64,000 nt of DNA, taken from the NCBI RefSeq assembly GCF_006345805.1, contig NC_042999.1, positions 25,234,001-25,298,000 on the forward strand, written 5' to 3'. The position numbers were made by a program, and so were the translations under genes. The notes under the pieces are model-generated. The model was not told where the DNA came from. It ran no database searches and was given only the letters and a program-made list of their open reading frames with translations. Below, in pieces: positions 41,194-54,386 of the stretch. Origin of the DNA: Octopus sinensis (taxonomy: Eukaryota). The stretch's first letter is position 1, and every line of letters begins with the position of its first letter.

Positions 41194-41807
41194 CATATAT
41201 ATATGTATATATATATATTTATGTATGTATGTATATTTATGCAAGTATATATATTATATATGTATATACATATACATAAACATATATATATATATATATG
41301 TATATGTGTATGTATATATTATATATTTATCAATGTATATATGTGTGATTGCGCATGTTATGTGTGTGAGTCTAATATTACAGCGTAATAATAACATCAC
41401 CTCAATCAGAAATATGCACGCCCGCGCATATTCCTGTGTGTTAGTGCTGTGTATATAGCTGTGCGTATGTGTGTAATGGTTGGCGTCTCATGGTTTCAAA
41501 ATAAATATAGTTTAGATTAAAAATATTTATGAAAACATACTTAGAACAGTAGACGTGTGAGGCAGATCACGGAAACATCTATCTTCGGATAGGGCGTAAA
41601 ATATGCACATTTCATCATGCTTAATTTTACAGATGCATTTTAGATTAAATGCATTCAAAGGGAAACATTGTAATTTTTCTTATAAGAAAAGACGTGTTAA
41701 CCCTGGTGCTGAATGTCGGATCGACTTTATTATGACGGATATTTTATCTCTAAATATATACATACATGCATGAAAATGTACATGCATACACCTGTGTATC
41801 TAAATAT

Positions 41808-41842
<35 letters not shown>

Positions 41843-41994
41843 ATATATATATATTATATATATATATAATATATATATATGTAGTATATGCATATTTGTA
41901 TATAGGTATATATATATATATATATTATATATATACACACACAACACACATATATATATATGTATATAAATATATAAATACATATAAAAATATA

Positions 41995-42034
<40 letters not shown>

Positions 42035-42106
42035 TATATATATATTCAAGAAAACCCACCACTATGAAATGTTTCCTTTATTCTTCAGTTGATCAACAAT
42101 GCTATA

Positions 42107-42138
<32 letters not shown>

Positions 42139-42522
42139 AATATAAATGCATATGTATATATATATTGTATATATATATATTTAGTAACTATATTATATAT
42201 ATATCTATATATATATATATATATAGATATATATATATATACATAGATACATACATATATATACACGTACAAGTATGTATATATATAGTTGTGTGTTTGT
42301 ATATATAGACATAAGTGTCTGTATATGCATGTGTGTAATGCGAGTATCAATAATTTTCATACACAAATTTAGTTTCATGGTGAAATCATTAACACCACGA
42401 AAGATAATTTCCCTCATTTATTAGTATTTTCTGTACGTGTGAAGATTTATGTGTGATTATACTTATATATCTATAGGTATATATATATATATACACACAC
42501 ACATATATATATATATATTAAA

Positions 42523-42553
<31 letters not shown>

Positions 42554-43793
42554 GTATTATTATATATATATCTATATATATATATATATTATATATAATA
42601 TATATGTATGTATATTATATATATATACATATGTATATCATGCATATACATATATATACATTTGCACGTATGTATTGACATACAAACACATATGTGTGTG
42701 TATGTCTATATTATATGTGGATATATATCCACGTATGTACATGTTTCTGCGTACTTATATATATGTCTGTGTGTATGTATATGTATATAAACAAACACAC
42801 CACACAAACAACACACACACACACACACATATATTATATATATATATATATATACATGCATATACATATATATACATTTGCATGTTTGTATGGATATGCA
42901 TATACACATGTGTGTGTATGTCTATATTTATATGAGTATATATCCACGTAAGTACATGTTTAATGTGTGTATATATATATATATATATAAGTGTGTGTAT
43001 ATGTATATAAACAAACACACCACACATACACACATACACACACATATATATATATACATACACATCATACGTGATAACATACCCAGTTCATTGTAGTACG
43101 TGTAGGACTTGTAGGTAGTGATTAAAATCCGCATTCTTACATACACCTATACATGTATAAATGTACTGCATATATTTATAATCCTATACATTCATAAAGA
43201 AACACTTCACACACTCTCAACTTTATGCACACACGCACGCTTGCGCACACTTGCACACACACATGCATATATGCACACAGGTGTATTTTTTTGTGCCTTC
43301 ACGAAGAAAATGAATGAATGTATTTAACACCTTTAATAGAATGAAATATTTATTAAATTATTATGCTTAGTTGTAAACCAAGATGTCCCAGACTTAAAGT
43401 TTCTTATTGCAGAAGGGAATTTCACTACAATAAACTGCAGATAGCTACAACGCGTAATAAAAGCATTAGAACTGTTTTTGAAAAATAATTTCTGTTCATT
43501 CCATTTTAAAATTATTGTACTGGGTTTCTTCTGGAATATGAAACTTTTGAATAATGGACAGTTTGAGTTTAACTGAAGCACTATGATTTAACGTATGTAC
43601 GTGCGTATGTATATGTATATACATATATATATATGTCTGTATATGTGTATAAATGTAAATTTGCGTGTTTATAATTATATATATGTACATATACATACAT
43701 ATAATTATATTATCTATCCATCTATATATATGCATATGCATATATAAATATATATATTTGTATATATATTTGTATATATACATATATATATAT

Positions 43794-43846
<53 letters not shown>

Positions 43847-44660
43847 GAGATATATATATATAACATATATATACACACACGCGCTTCTTCGTTCATATTT
43901 GCTATCAATCACATATGTGCACACACGATCAAAGACTCTTATATAGGTGTATGGCTGCATGTAAAATTCTATATTGCACGTATGTATAATTCTCATTATA
44001 TATACATTTTATGTAACACTGTAATTGTGCTGGTGCAGTTTTAATCAATTGACAATACAATACTTTTTTTTTTAGTTTTATCTTTGGTCAAATACTTCCG
44101 GTGTCGATATAGTCGACTTCCTTGGTCGTTATGAGCGACTGTTCGCTTCCCCAAATTTTGAGGTTTGTGTCTTTTAACAAATCAATATAATTGTTATTAT
44201 TAATATCATTAGTATTTTTTTTTATCATTATTTATCCTGTGAACATGCATACCGAATCTTTCGATAGTTTCGAAAGTTCTCTTTAAAAAATAATTAAAAT
44301 CTCTTTGCATTAATTTTAAATTATCTCAGGGACACACATACTCACCACACATTCACACATTTCATATACAAAAGCTCGCTGTCTCTCAAACACACTCACA
44401 ACAAACACACACACGCATGTATATATACATATGTATATATATATATTATATAATATATATATACGTATAAATATATATATACATATATATATGCATATAT
44501 ATATATACATATATATATATACATATATATATACATATATATATATAACATATATATATATATATAAAGTTTTATATACATGCACATACGTATGCATATG
44601 TATGTAAATATACACATAAAATGCACATTGGCGTAAGTGTATATGTGCACACACATACAT
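40930..44660. repeat. Extended low-complexity (TA)n/(TG)n/(CA)n region
   Basis: Directly visible; produces the many IY/VC pseudo-ORFs. Confidence 0.9.
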
Positions 44661-44994
44661 ATGAATTATCTTTACAACAGAAAACCTATGACTATTTGTA
44701 TTGGGCAGTCATGAAATAATAGTCCATTAAACACACAAGTGTTGCGACGTAGTTGTGTGTGTGTGTGTATTTTTTTTTTTTTTTGCAAATATACATTTTT
44801 GGCTTCCGACATTCACAATCCTTTAACAGTCAACGTTCAGTTTTCAGGTTGGACTATATATTTACATTTGTCCTCAACTCTCTTAACTGATCTCTTTCCA
44901 ACAGTTTTTCACAAGTATTTTGTTCTTGTCATTGTAAATATTTTACAAGTCTCTATATGTCTTCCACTAATTAGGATTGTTGCCATGCTCTCTA

Positions 44995-45025
<31 letters not shown>

Positions 45026-45469
45026 TTCACACACAAACACACACACGCACACATACACACAAATACACACACAAACACACTGGCGCATACACATTATTAT
45101 CGCATATATTTGTGTAGATGTATACGCAAACACACATCTTTATGCAACTGTGTTTACACATAATGAAATTATATGCACACACATTTATGTATATATACAT
45201 ATATATATATATGTGTGTGTGTATGTATGTGTATATATGTATATATATATACGGATAAATATTTGCACATGTATATATATGTATGTATATATTTATGCAT
45301 ACAACGTGTGTGTATCATATACATATATGTACATATATCTACGTGTATATACGTATACATATATGTATATTTATATATACGCACACACACACATATATGT
45401 ATATATATATATATTGTATACATATTTGTATGCATATATAATATATCTTTCTTTAATGTTGAATTTGCT

Positions 45470-48268
45470 TCATGTCCGGTGCCAATCAAATCGTAGAATT
45501 CTCAAAAAGGTTCGTTTAAATTGTACATTGGCAAAAGCATAACAGAAAGGGTTAATTGGACTGTTTAAATAGCACAGCCAGTAAGTAATTTTATACAGGG
45601 TGACACTAACTTCACTGTTGCCTCCTCCCATACCGATTATGGCCACCATTAAGTGATATGGTGTCCAACACAGAACAAAGGCACCTAAGATAAATGTAAT
45701 TGTTCTCAGTGCCTTCCTTGCACGATTTTCTGATTTTGATTTCGTCTTTTCCTTCTTTGATCTCCGCCGTACCTTCTGTTTACCCATATTTTTCACTATG
45801 GTTTGGAAAGGGCTGCTGTATTTTAGATTACGTTTAGAAGTTACACTAGTCAAATCATCATTTTGATTGTTTGCGGTATGCGGTTTCTGCAGTTTCTGTT
45901 TTTCCTGTTTTTGCTGTGGATCTTGCTTTTGTTGTTTCTCTGTTTGTTCCTCTTCTAGGTGCTGTTGTTTTTGTTCTTGCTCCTGTTGTAATTCTTTCTG
46001 CTGCTCATTGTTGTCCTCAGTCTGTTGTGGTTTTTCTTGTTCTTCTTCTTGTTCTATTTGTGTTTGTTCCTGTTGGGGATCGTGTTGCTGATGCTGTTCT
46101 TCTAGTTGTTCTTGTGTGTTTTCGTAATTTTCCAATATGGCGCCTTCATTGGCTACATTTTTATGTTCTTTCTCATAATCTGTGTCCGGAAATTGAAACG
46201 ATTTATCAGGACAATGAGGAGAAAAGTCCGAAGCTGTGGAATTCACTTTCGGTATTTCCTCCATTGCCATAGTAAGTATTGTGGCTGCAGTATTATCATT
46301 TTCTGGTTCCATTTCAGCTGTTGTTATTTCTGAGGACATTGTAATTGGTGGGGGCGTTGTTGTTGTCGTGGCCGTCATCATCACAGAAGGTTGAGAGATA
46401 CACTGCTGAAGTAAACTGGTCATTTCTCCTTCTTCGCCTCCCTCTCCTCCATCTTCATCATAACTAGAATAGCTGGCTTCCGCAACTGCTGACGAAGTAG
46501 CGGTTAGGTCTATGGCCGGAGATGATGCTGAATACTTGACGAGAGATCTCCTCTTCCAAACAGGAGAATTCTGGACCTCATTGCTCTCAGGTTCACATGA
46601 ATCCAAAGTTATCAAATTGTTGTCTCCAGTATATGTCGTGTCTGGCATGATTTCTGGAAGAAGCTTTATACTTTCAGCGGATTCAGCTGCTAAGTGAGGA
46701 ATACTACAATCTATCAAATCTTCTTCTTCGTCATCCTCTGCCGCGTTACCTTCGTTCTTTAATATATTTTCAGTTTCTTTAATTCCTTCTTCAAAGGCAA
46801 ATTTGTTAGTTTCATTTATGAGAAGAGGGATTGTAGAGTTTTGTTTATCAACTAAAGAAGTCGATCGCGATGATTTCTGAGCAGTTTTCACTTCGGCAGG
46901 TTCATATAATGCCATAACAGTATTTGTGTTAGCATTTGACATAGATCTATTGTTTAAACTTTCTGCTACATTATTCTTGCCTTTCTGACTTTGTTTCGTT
47001 GAAAATTTTAGATTTCCCTTAGTTTTTTTGCTGCCATTGGCTTTAATATGACTCTTACTCGTTGCCATAGGTGCATCTTCAATTAAACCGGCTGGTACTT
47101 TCCCAATATCACACAGTAATTGTGGAAGATCCTTCGGGGATGGTTTCTTGGATGGTTTAGGAGACTGACTACTATTTTCATCATCTGAAGCAAAAGCTGG
47201 ACTACTTGACCGCTCTTCTTCCTTTTCACTGTTTCGCTTGGAACTGAAACTTGTTGTGGTCATTGCTACATTGTTTCCGTCTTTGTGATCCTTACCAGCC
47301 CCCGTTTTGTCAGCATGCCCAGCTCTTAGAGAGTGAGCTTGTCGTATCTGGTCTGTTGCCATTTCCATTGCAGCACTTATTTTTTTATGTTTTGCTTCTG
47401 ATTTTCTCTGCAACATCAAGGCCACTCTGTAAATGCCTGTATATAGACCGCACATAACAATTAATGTTGTCCAATAATATCCAATTGTTAATAGTAGAAG
47501 AAACACTGGATCACTCATGAATTGTACTTCACACTCACGTTCTGGTACTGTCCGCTTTCCAACAAAAAATTGCCAACCAATAATACATGTAAAAAAAATT
47601 GAAATTGGTAACACCCATATCACGGCTATCATAATTATTACTTTCCTTTCTGTCCGCCAGTTTCGGTACTTGGCTGGAAGTTTAACAGAGCAAAAACGAT
47701 CCATTGTAATTAGAAATACTGTATATTGTGAAGCTAGACACACTGTCCAGTCTAGTGATAGCCAGAGGTCACATAGCCAAGGACCCATGGGCCAATATCC
47801 AAGTAGAAGATACGATGTGAAAAATGGCATTGAAAATGATCCGATCAAAAGATCAGATACTGCCAAAGATGCTATAAAATAGTTCGTCGGTTGGCGAATG
47901 GTTCGCTCAATAGCAAAGGAAAACAGCACCATGGCGTTACCTAGCACAGTGACTAGGCTGCACACGCCCGCCATGATACCGAGTATCACTGTTGTCCAGA
48001 TTGGAAGAGGGGTTTGCGAAGATGCTTCAGAAGACATACTATACGACGTATCGTTGTTAGTTTCGTTCCATGTATCGTTCCAGGCATAGAACCAGTCCCC
48101 TAATTCTGTTGTGTTTTCAAGGCCATAACTGCTAAAGTGGACAGCGGCGGCTGCTGCCGCTGCCGCTGCTGCTGCTGCTGACGATGAACCAGAGTTGGGG
48201 GACGGTGACGGATTAACACTCATGGCGTTAAACTGATGTGTGCTATGGTTAAAAACACTCATTTCCAT
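45470..48268 (-). CDS. mAChR-B: Muscarinic acetylcholine receptor, probably B-type (class A GPCR); single coding exon, 932 aa from the first in-frame ATG
   Basis: Long ORF with seven hydrophobic helices and class A motifs: GNAMV (TM1), SLAVSDLLIG (TM2), LDWTVCLASQYTVFLITMDRF (TM3 with Asp3.32), CWTPYH (TM6), YWLCYLNSPINPFCYA (TM7). The ORF-track start at 48274 is a TTG. The first ATG is at 48268 and an in-frame TAA lies upstream at 48326..48328. The B-type call rests on recalled motifs (DRFCSVK, TIGYYWTTL, WTPYH). Confidence 0.93.
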   Translation of the reverse strand: MEMSVFNHSTHQFNAMSVNPSPSPNSGSSSAAAAAAAAAAAAVHFSSYGLENTTELGDWFYAWNDTWNETNNDTSYSMSSEASSQTPLPIWTTVILGIMAGVCSLVTVLGNAMVLFSFAIERTIRQPTNYFIASLAVSDLLIGSFSMPFFTSYLLLGYWPMGPWLCDLWLSLDWTVCLASQYTVFLITMDRFCSVKLPAKYRNWRTERKVIIMIAVIWVLPISIFFTCIIGWQFFVGKRTVPERECEVQFMSDPVFLLLLTIGYYWTTLIVMCGLYTGIYRVALMLQRKSEAKHKKISAAMEMATDQIRQAHSLRAGHADKTGAGKDHKDGNNVAMTTTSFSSKRNSEKEEERSSSPAFASDDENSSQSPKPSKKPSPKDLPQLLCDIGKVPAGLIEDAPMATSKSHIKANGSKKTKGNLKFSTKQSQKGKNNVAESLNNRSMSNANTNTVMALYEPAEVKTAQKSSRSTSLVDKQNSTIPLLINETNKFAFEEGIKETENILKNEGNAAEDDEEEDLIDCSIPHLAAESAESIKLLPEIMPDTTYTGDNNLITLDSCEPESNEVQNSPVWKRRSLVKYSASSPAIDLTATSSAVAEASYSSYDEDGGEGGEEGEMTSLLQQCISQPSVMMTATTTTTPPPITMSSEITTAEMEPENDNTAATILTMAMEEIPKVNSTASDFSPHCPDKSFQFPDTDYEKEHKNVANEGAILENYENTQEQLEEQHQQHDPQQEQTQIEQEEEQEKPQQTEDNNEQQKELQQEQEQKQQHLEEEQTEKQQKQDPQQKQEKQKLQKPHTANNQNDDLTSVTSKRNLKYSSPFQTIVKNMGKQKVRRRSKKEKTKSKSENRARKALRTITFILGAFVLCWTPYHLMVAIIGMGGGNSEVSVTLYKITYWLCYLNSPINPFCYAFANVQFKRTFLRILRFDWHRT

Positions 48269-48515
48269 AAACAACTCTTTATTTGTTTTTACCTTCTTCG
48301 GAGCACTAATAATATCATTACATTGTTATTTTATTTGTAAATAGCGGTTGTGTTACTGGTTAGATGAGGGATTTCGTAGATTTAACAATTGTTTTCTTTC
48401 TGTCGTCGCTTCTTCTGCTGCTGTTCCTCTTTTTTTATTCTTATTATAGTTTGGTGTTACTGTTGTCAATATTTGAGTTTATGATTTCTTGTATGGTAAC
48501 ATTGCGTTGTTTAAC

Positions 48516-48545
48516 CTGAAAATGGAAAAGAAAAGGGGAAAATGG
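48516..48545 (-). promoter_or_regulatory. Probable splice acceptor; the receptor coding exon would begin at 48515 with about 247 nt of 5' UTR
   Basis: Minus strand reads ccttttcttttccattttcag|gttaaac: a polypyrimidine tract plus CAG just upstream of the start codon. Confidence 0.6.
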
Positions 48546-48796
48546 TCAAAATTGTGAAACAGCTGTGATACAAAAAAGCTAAAAACAAAACAACAACATC
48601 AGCATCGGTTATGAATAGGGGTTGGGGCGACATGAAAAAATCACATTTATTACATAGGTACGTAGCTTCAGGTTTATAGAAGAGTGCTAACTTCTGCTGC
48701 TGACACAACAGTTGTGAAGGAATTTACACAAAACATGGGAAAGAAGAAAAGGAAAAGACTGTGACAGGCAGTTAAAGAATAGATATCATACAAAGT

Positions 48797-49179
48797 GTGG
48801 AGGCGCAATGGCCCAGTGGTTAGGGCAGCGGACTCGCGGTCGTAGGATCGCGGTTTCGATTCCCAGACTGGGCGTTGTGAGTGTTTATTGAGCGAAAACA
48901 CCTAAAGCTTCACGAGGCTCCGGCAGGGGATGGTGGTGATCCCTGCTGTACTCTTTCACCACAACTTTCTCTCACTCTTACTTCCTGTTTCTGTTGTACC
49001 TGTATTTCAAAGGGCCGGCCTTGTCACTCTCTGTGTCACGCTGAATATCCCCGAAAACTACGTTAAGGGTACACGTGTCTGTGGAGTGCTCAGCCACTTA
49101 CACGTTAATTTCACGAGCAGGCTGTTCCGTTGATCGGATCAACCGGAACCCTCGTCGTCGTAACCGACGGAGTGCTTGG
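48797..49179 (+). mobile_element. SINE family A, full length, 12-bp TSD, antisense in the putative receptor intron
   Basis: TSD atcatacaaagt at 48785..48796 and 49180..49191. Confidence 0.92.
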
Positions 49180-50074
49180 ATCATACAAAGTATGTAATAA
49201 CATGAAGGAAGCAGTCACCCTGATACAGGAGAAACCTCAACTATGGTCAATCAAGAAACCCCACAGATCCAGGATTACCCTGACCACCAAAGGTACGAAC
49301 ACTCTCCCATGTTTTCCAGCCTACAAGAGAATACTTTGAGTAGGGCCATATAGTAGAATTGTTAGGGAATGAAAAGAATATCGAGTAGGGAAATAAGTTT
49401 GGATTCAGCAATAGTTTCTAATGATTTCTAATTTAGGCAGACAACATCACCGCTATTAGTTTGAAAGTCTCATCACTTCTCTCAAGCGAGGTAATACGTG
49501 TTTTGCTTCTCCACACTTATTCTTAATTCATTACAGTAACATACTTAGTGGTATACTTTCATTACACTAGCAAGTGTGGTAAAGTCCAAGATTCGTTGGG
49601 GGAGATTTAATAAAACCAAAACCTGACCATAGTTGTCTTCCGTGCTTACCGATATAATTAAAATAATGTAAGTCATTGAGATAATTATTCCGCCTTTGTC
49701 ATCAGGATTTCTAGTAAATTGTATTTTTTGCTTTATTGCAGTTCCAAATCATTTGCTGCACTTCGTGAGAATTTTTCAGACCAAAATGCTTATTAACTTG
49801 TTTGAGAGAACTGACGAGACTTTCAAACATCTAGTGGTGATGTCGTCAGCCACATCACCAATGTTCATAATGCGGTTCAATCGATTCAATCGCGTTCTAC
49901 TCGCCACGCTTGCATATAACACCATCACCGCCTCTTCACCGCCAATAACAACCAACACCGCCGTCACCAACAGCAACAACACCGCCATCACCTATTCGAC
50001 ACCATACAGGCATTAACGCTACTATTACGACGGCATCAACTCGACAAAAACGACAAGACAACGACGAAGACCAC

Positions 50075-50080
50075 CACCAT

Positions 50081-50117
<37 letters not shown>

Positions 50118-50305
50118 GCTGCTGCTGCTATTGCTGTTGCTGCTGCTGCTGCTACTACTACTACTACTACTACTACTACAACTACTACCACTACCACCAT
50201 CACCGTTCAAAAACCACCACCACCACCACCATCGTCCCACTACTACCACCGTCCCACCACATCCACCATCATCTTCTCCCTCCTCATTCTCGTCCTCATC
50301 GTCTT
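50075..50305. repeat. Compound trinucleotide tract (CTA/CTG/CAC/CAT)
   Basis: Directly visible. Confidence 0.92.
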
Positions 50306-51521
50306 AATGTTATTATTATTCATGACGCTTTTGTCATAAATACATAGACGTACTGCCCCACTTTCTCATTCAGTATTTACGACTGGAAACCACCTGAATA
50401 TCTCAAAGAGAGTAGAATCATACTCAAAATGTGTTCGGTGAAGTGGAATAAGCTCCGAGAGAACCAAATGCAAGTAAGTGAAAAATAGAATTAGTCTCGG
50501 ACCAAATCTAAGAAATTATAGAAATGTAAATATGCACCGAAATGGCCACGGGGTTAAGAACTTTGCTTCAAAACTATGTAATTTCCGGTTTCATCCCAGA
50601 GTGAGCACAATGACCAGTATTATACTTTACATATCATTGTAACTTAATCCATGAGATCATCTTCCCCTCGGACGTCTTTGTGCAAAGTTCCAGCTGGCCA
50701 CAACAGCGTGTCTCATAATCAGTTGATACTGTGAGGAAATTTTCGGACAATTGCATATGATGTGAGAGACATGCTTATTGTTAACTCCACAGCACATGCA
50801 TCGGTTGTCGCATCTAGGGGGTTTACTGGCATCCCTATTCCTTTTCGTGCATCAGGTATTCTGTCATTTCCAAATACCAAATTCCGGAAATTTAAACATT
50901 TGTGAGGCAGAGTCGAACGCAAAACACAACGTTGCAAAGTGAACTTCTCTGGAGCAGAAATTCATGTATAAAGCAAACGAGGCGCCTTAGACTTCCATGT
51001 CATGTCTTTTGTCTTACAAGATGTTAGATGTTAGCGTTAGCCAGTTGGCTGCTGAGCAAGCAAAACATGACGCTCTCCCACGCATGACTGCTAGAGCGGA
51101 ACGAATTTGGAGCAAAGATTGACGCTTTCCATTGCATGCCCAGTAGAGCTAAACAAGTTAGGTTGCTATTAAATTTTTCTCTTTGATATACACAGAAAAC
51201 AAAGTCGTATAATATTCATATTTATTTAGTATATTTATATAACCTACACTAGATAATAAAAACACAAAGAAAGCAATGAATTAACGAACGAATGATTAAA
51301 TAGAAAAATTTCAATAATCAACCATGGAAACTGATAGAAAAAAAAAAAAACTAAAAAAAAATTTGAATAGATTAAAAGAAAATTAATGAGATACGAGGAA
51401 ATTGAAAGTGAGTGATGATGATGGCGATAAATGAATTCCTATGTTGGGTTGACTTTTCTGATGAGTGAGCCGATTGGGAGAGGGGAGGGGCAGGCAAACA
51501 GGGAGAAATAAATTGATGGAG

Positions 51522-51562
<41 letters not shown>

Positions 51563-51810
51563 AAAGAAATAAGCAACAGGACTAATAAACCACCTTCTCT
51601 ATGTATGTATGTATGTGAATATATGTATATATTTATGTATATATGTGTTATATATTATGCATACAAATATATGTAATATATGTTGTATTAAGCTATATAA
51701 ATAGGTATTATATATATTCACGTGAATAAATATATGTATGTATGTGTGTGTGTCTATCTACCTATCATCTTTCTATTTATCTATCTATATCTATCCATCT
51801 ATCTATCTAT

Positions 51811-51877
<67 letters not shown>

Positions 51878-51939
51878 CTCTATCTCTCTATATATAGGCA
51901 CCTTTCAACCAACTGGTTATGAGTTAGGTCCTATTCCGC

Positions 51940-52026
51940 GAGACCTTCAGTGACTGTCTTGTTCTATACCTTTGTGAGTAGATTTTGCAGACGGAAACTA
52001 AAAGAAGCCCATCGTATATATATATA

Positions 52027-52076
<50 letters not shown>

Positions 52077-52107
52077 GATGGGCTTCTTTTAGTTATATAT
52101 ATTATAT

Positions 52108-52158
<51 letters not shown>

Positions 52159-52370
52159 ATGCGTTTGTTTCTCTTTGTCCCTACCGTCCCCTCTACAAAC
52201 GGTGTTGGCGCTACATCCTCGGAACCTGGTGGTTTTCATTAGGAGACCCATGGAATATGATTTACAAGGTAAAAAAAAATACTAAGTACTGAGTTCGATT
52301 CCTTCGACTAAAAGTCATCAAGGCGGTTCCCTGCATAGTCACAGTGGAATCACTGAGACAGGTAAGAGAT
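51940..52370 (+). mobile_element. Degenerate SINE family B, partial
   Basis: gacggaaactaaaagaagcccatcgtata, (TA)n, then a degenerate tail. Confidence 0.6.
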
Positions 52371-52634
52371 AATTGACAGAAAGACGCACGTGCGCGCGCA
52401 CACACACACTCACAGACATACGCGTGTGTTTGTGTATAAGTATATACACTTAGTTTGATTTGAAAACCCCACTAGAATGGGAGAAAGCGCTAATACATGA
52501 TCTAAGTTAATACATGATCTAAGTTAATACATGATCTAAGTATAAAAAAATGTAATATACAAATAAATATCTGTAAATATAAACCATCCGATTTTCTGAG
52601 TACCTCATTTCTTCTAATATAGTATATATATATA

Positions 52635-52705
<71 letters not shown>

Positions 52706-53257
52706 TATATATTTATGTATATATATATATATATATATATTCATATCAGTCCTCGCTCGAGCATAGGGACAGTAACTTTACAGGTGGGGGCCCCTTCACG
52801 ATCTGTCTGTATACTTGCCTATCTATCAATCTATTTGCATACCATGTGTGCGAGCGCGCGTGTAGCTCGAATAACAGGAGTTGAATCACAGATTGTAATT
52901 ATAAGAATATACATTCCTTTGTTGACTAGTTTCGCCATCCTCCATTTATTAGCTGTATATCTATTATTTACTTCATTGCTTTCTGTCTATATTAACGGAA
53001 CCCGTTATGCGCGCCACTAAATTCACCCCCCTATTTCACAATTGATCTATTAATGTCATGCTTTATCTAATCTCCGTTGCTATTTATTATTTCGAGAATT
53101 TTGCTTTCACATATGAATACGTACAAATATGCATAGATACATATATTTATAGATATACTTCTATATACAACTTTAATCTGATATACCTGATATAAGTAAT
53201 TTATCGCTTCTTGATGAATCAACAAATACATATATATATATATATACATGCATATTA

Positions 53258-53295
<38 letters not shown>

Positions 53296-53438
53296 TATTA
53301 TACATACAAACATATATACATACATGTATATATATATATACATATACATATATACAAACATATATACATACATGTATATTATATATATATATATATATAT
53401 ACAAACATATATACATACATGTATATATATATATATAT

Positions 53439-54315
53439 GCCCACAACCTGCGTGACCTACTGGTCCACAGTTTCTTCCCTAACACCAGTTCCCAACATGA
53501 CTTGCTCCCCTGCCACCGCCCACGCTGTCTCACTTGCCCTTGCCTCTCCAACACTACCGCCCTCGCAGGCACCCATCATCGTCCCTATCATATGACCGAC
53601 TCCTTTACCTGCACTTCTAGCAACGTCATTTACTGCATCTCCTGCTTTTTCTTACCTTCTCTGTACATCGTTCAAACGAGACGCCGCTTCGCTGACCGGT
53701 TGATAGAGCATCTCCCAGAGATCAAACTCGGCAATGACACCTCGGTCTCGCGCCATTTCCACTCTACCGGTCATTCACTACAACACCTGTCTGTATTCGG
53801 ATTGTCTTTGCATCCGGAGTCCCGCCTTCGCCGTGAGTAGGTTTAATCTTCTCTCTTCGGTCCTTTGCAACTATGGCCTCAACACCCCTCCTCTCTTCTC
53901 TCTATTTGACACCTACCTCCTCTCATCACTCCTACCCACCCACTCCTTAGACACACACTCGCACACATACACACGTGAAAGTCACTAGCTCTATCCACAC
54001 TCACGCACACACATTCTCACGTACACACACGCACGCTCACCTTCATTTTGGGATCACAAATTTTTTACTATCTCCCCTTCCTTCTACGTCTTCTGTCAAA
54101 CCCTTTTTCTCCCAACCAGCCGCCATGCTTGATCGCTAAATCCCCAAGTTTTTCTATTCTCTCTCTGTTTATTTTCTTTTCTTCCTTTCTGTTGACGAGC
54201 GTAAGATCGAAACGTAAAAGACTTTCTCACTTTTCCGAGCGTCAAACTAAATACACCTGCTTGTTGTTCATACACCTGTCTTCGTCTCATGTTTTCCTGT
54301 AATTTCAAACATATA

Positions 54316-54386
<71 letters not shown>

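Noticed and set aside
45867-46333. Cys-rich plus-strand ORFs (metallothionein-like appearance)
   Set aside because: They are the antisense reading of the Gln/Glu-rich receptor loop.
48269-48274. ORF-track start of the receptor at 48274
   Set aside because: That codon is TTG; the first ATG after the upstream in-frame stop is at 48268.
52497-52542. 17-bp unit (atgatctaagttaatac) repeated about 2.6 times; also short tandem duplications at 42640..43050 and 61090..61300
   Set aside because: Ordinary local slippage duplications with no further structure.
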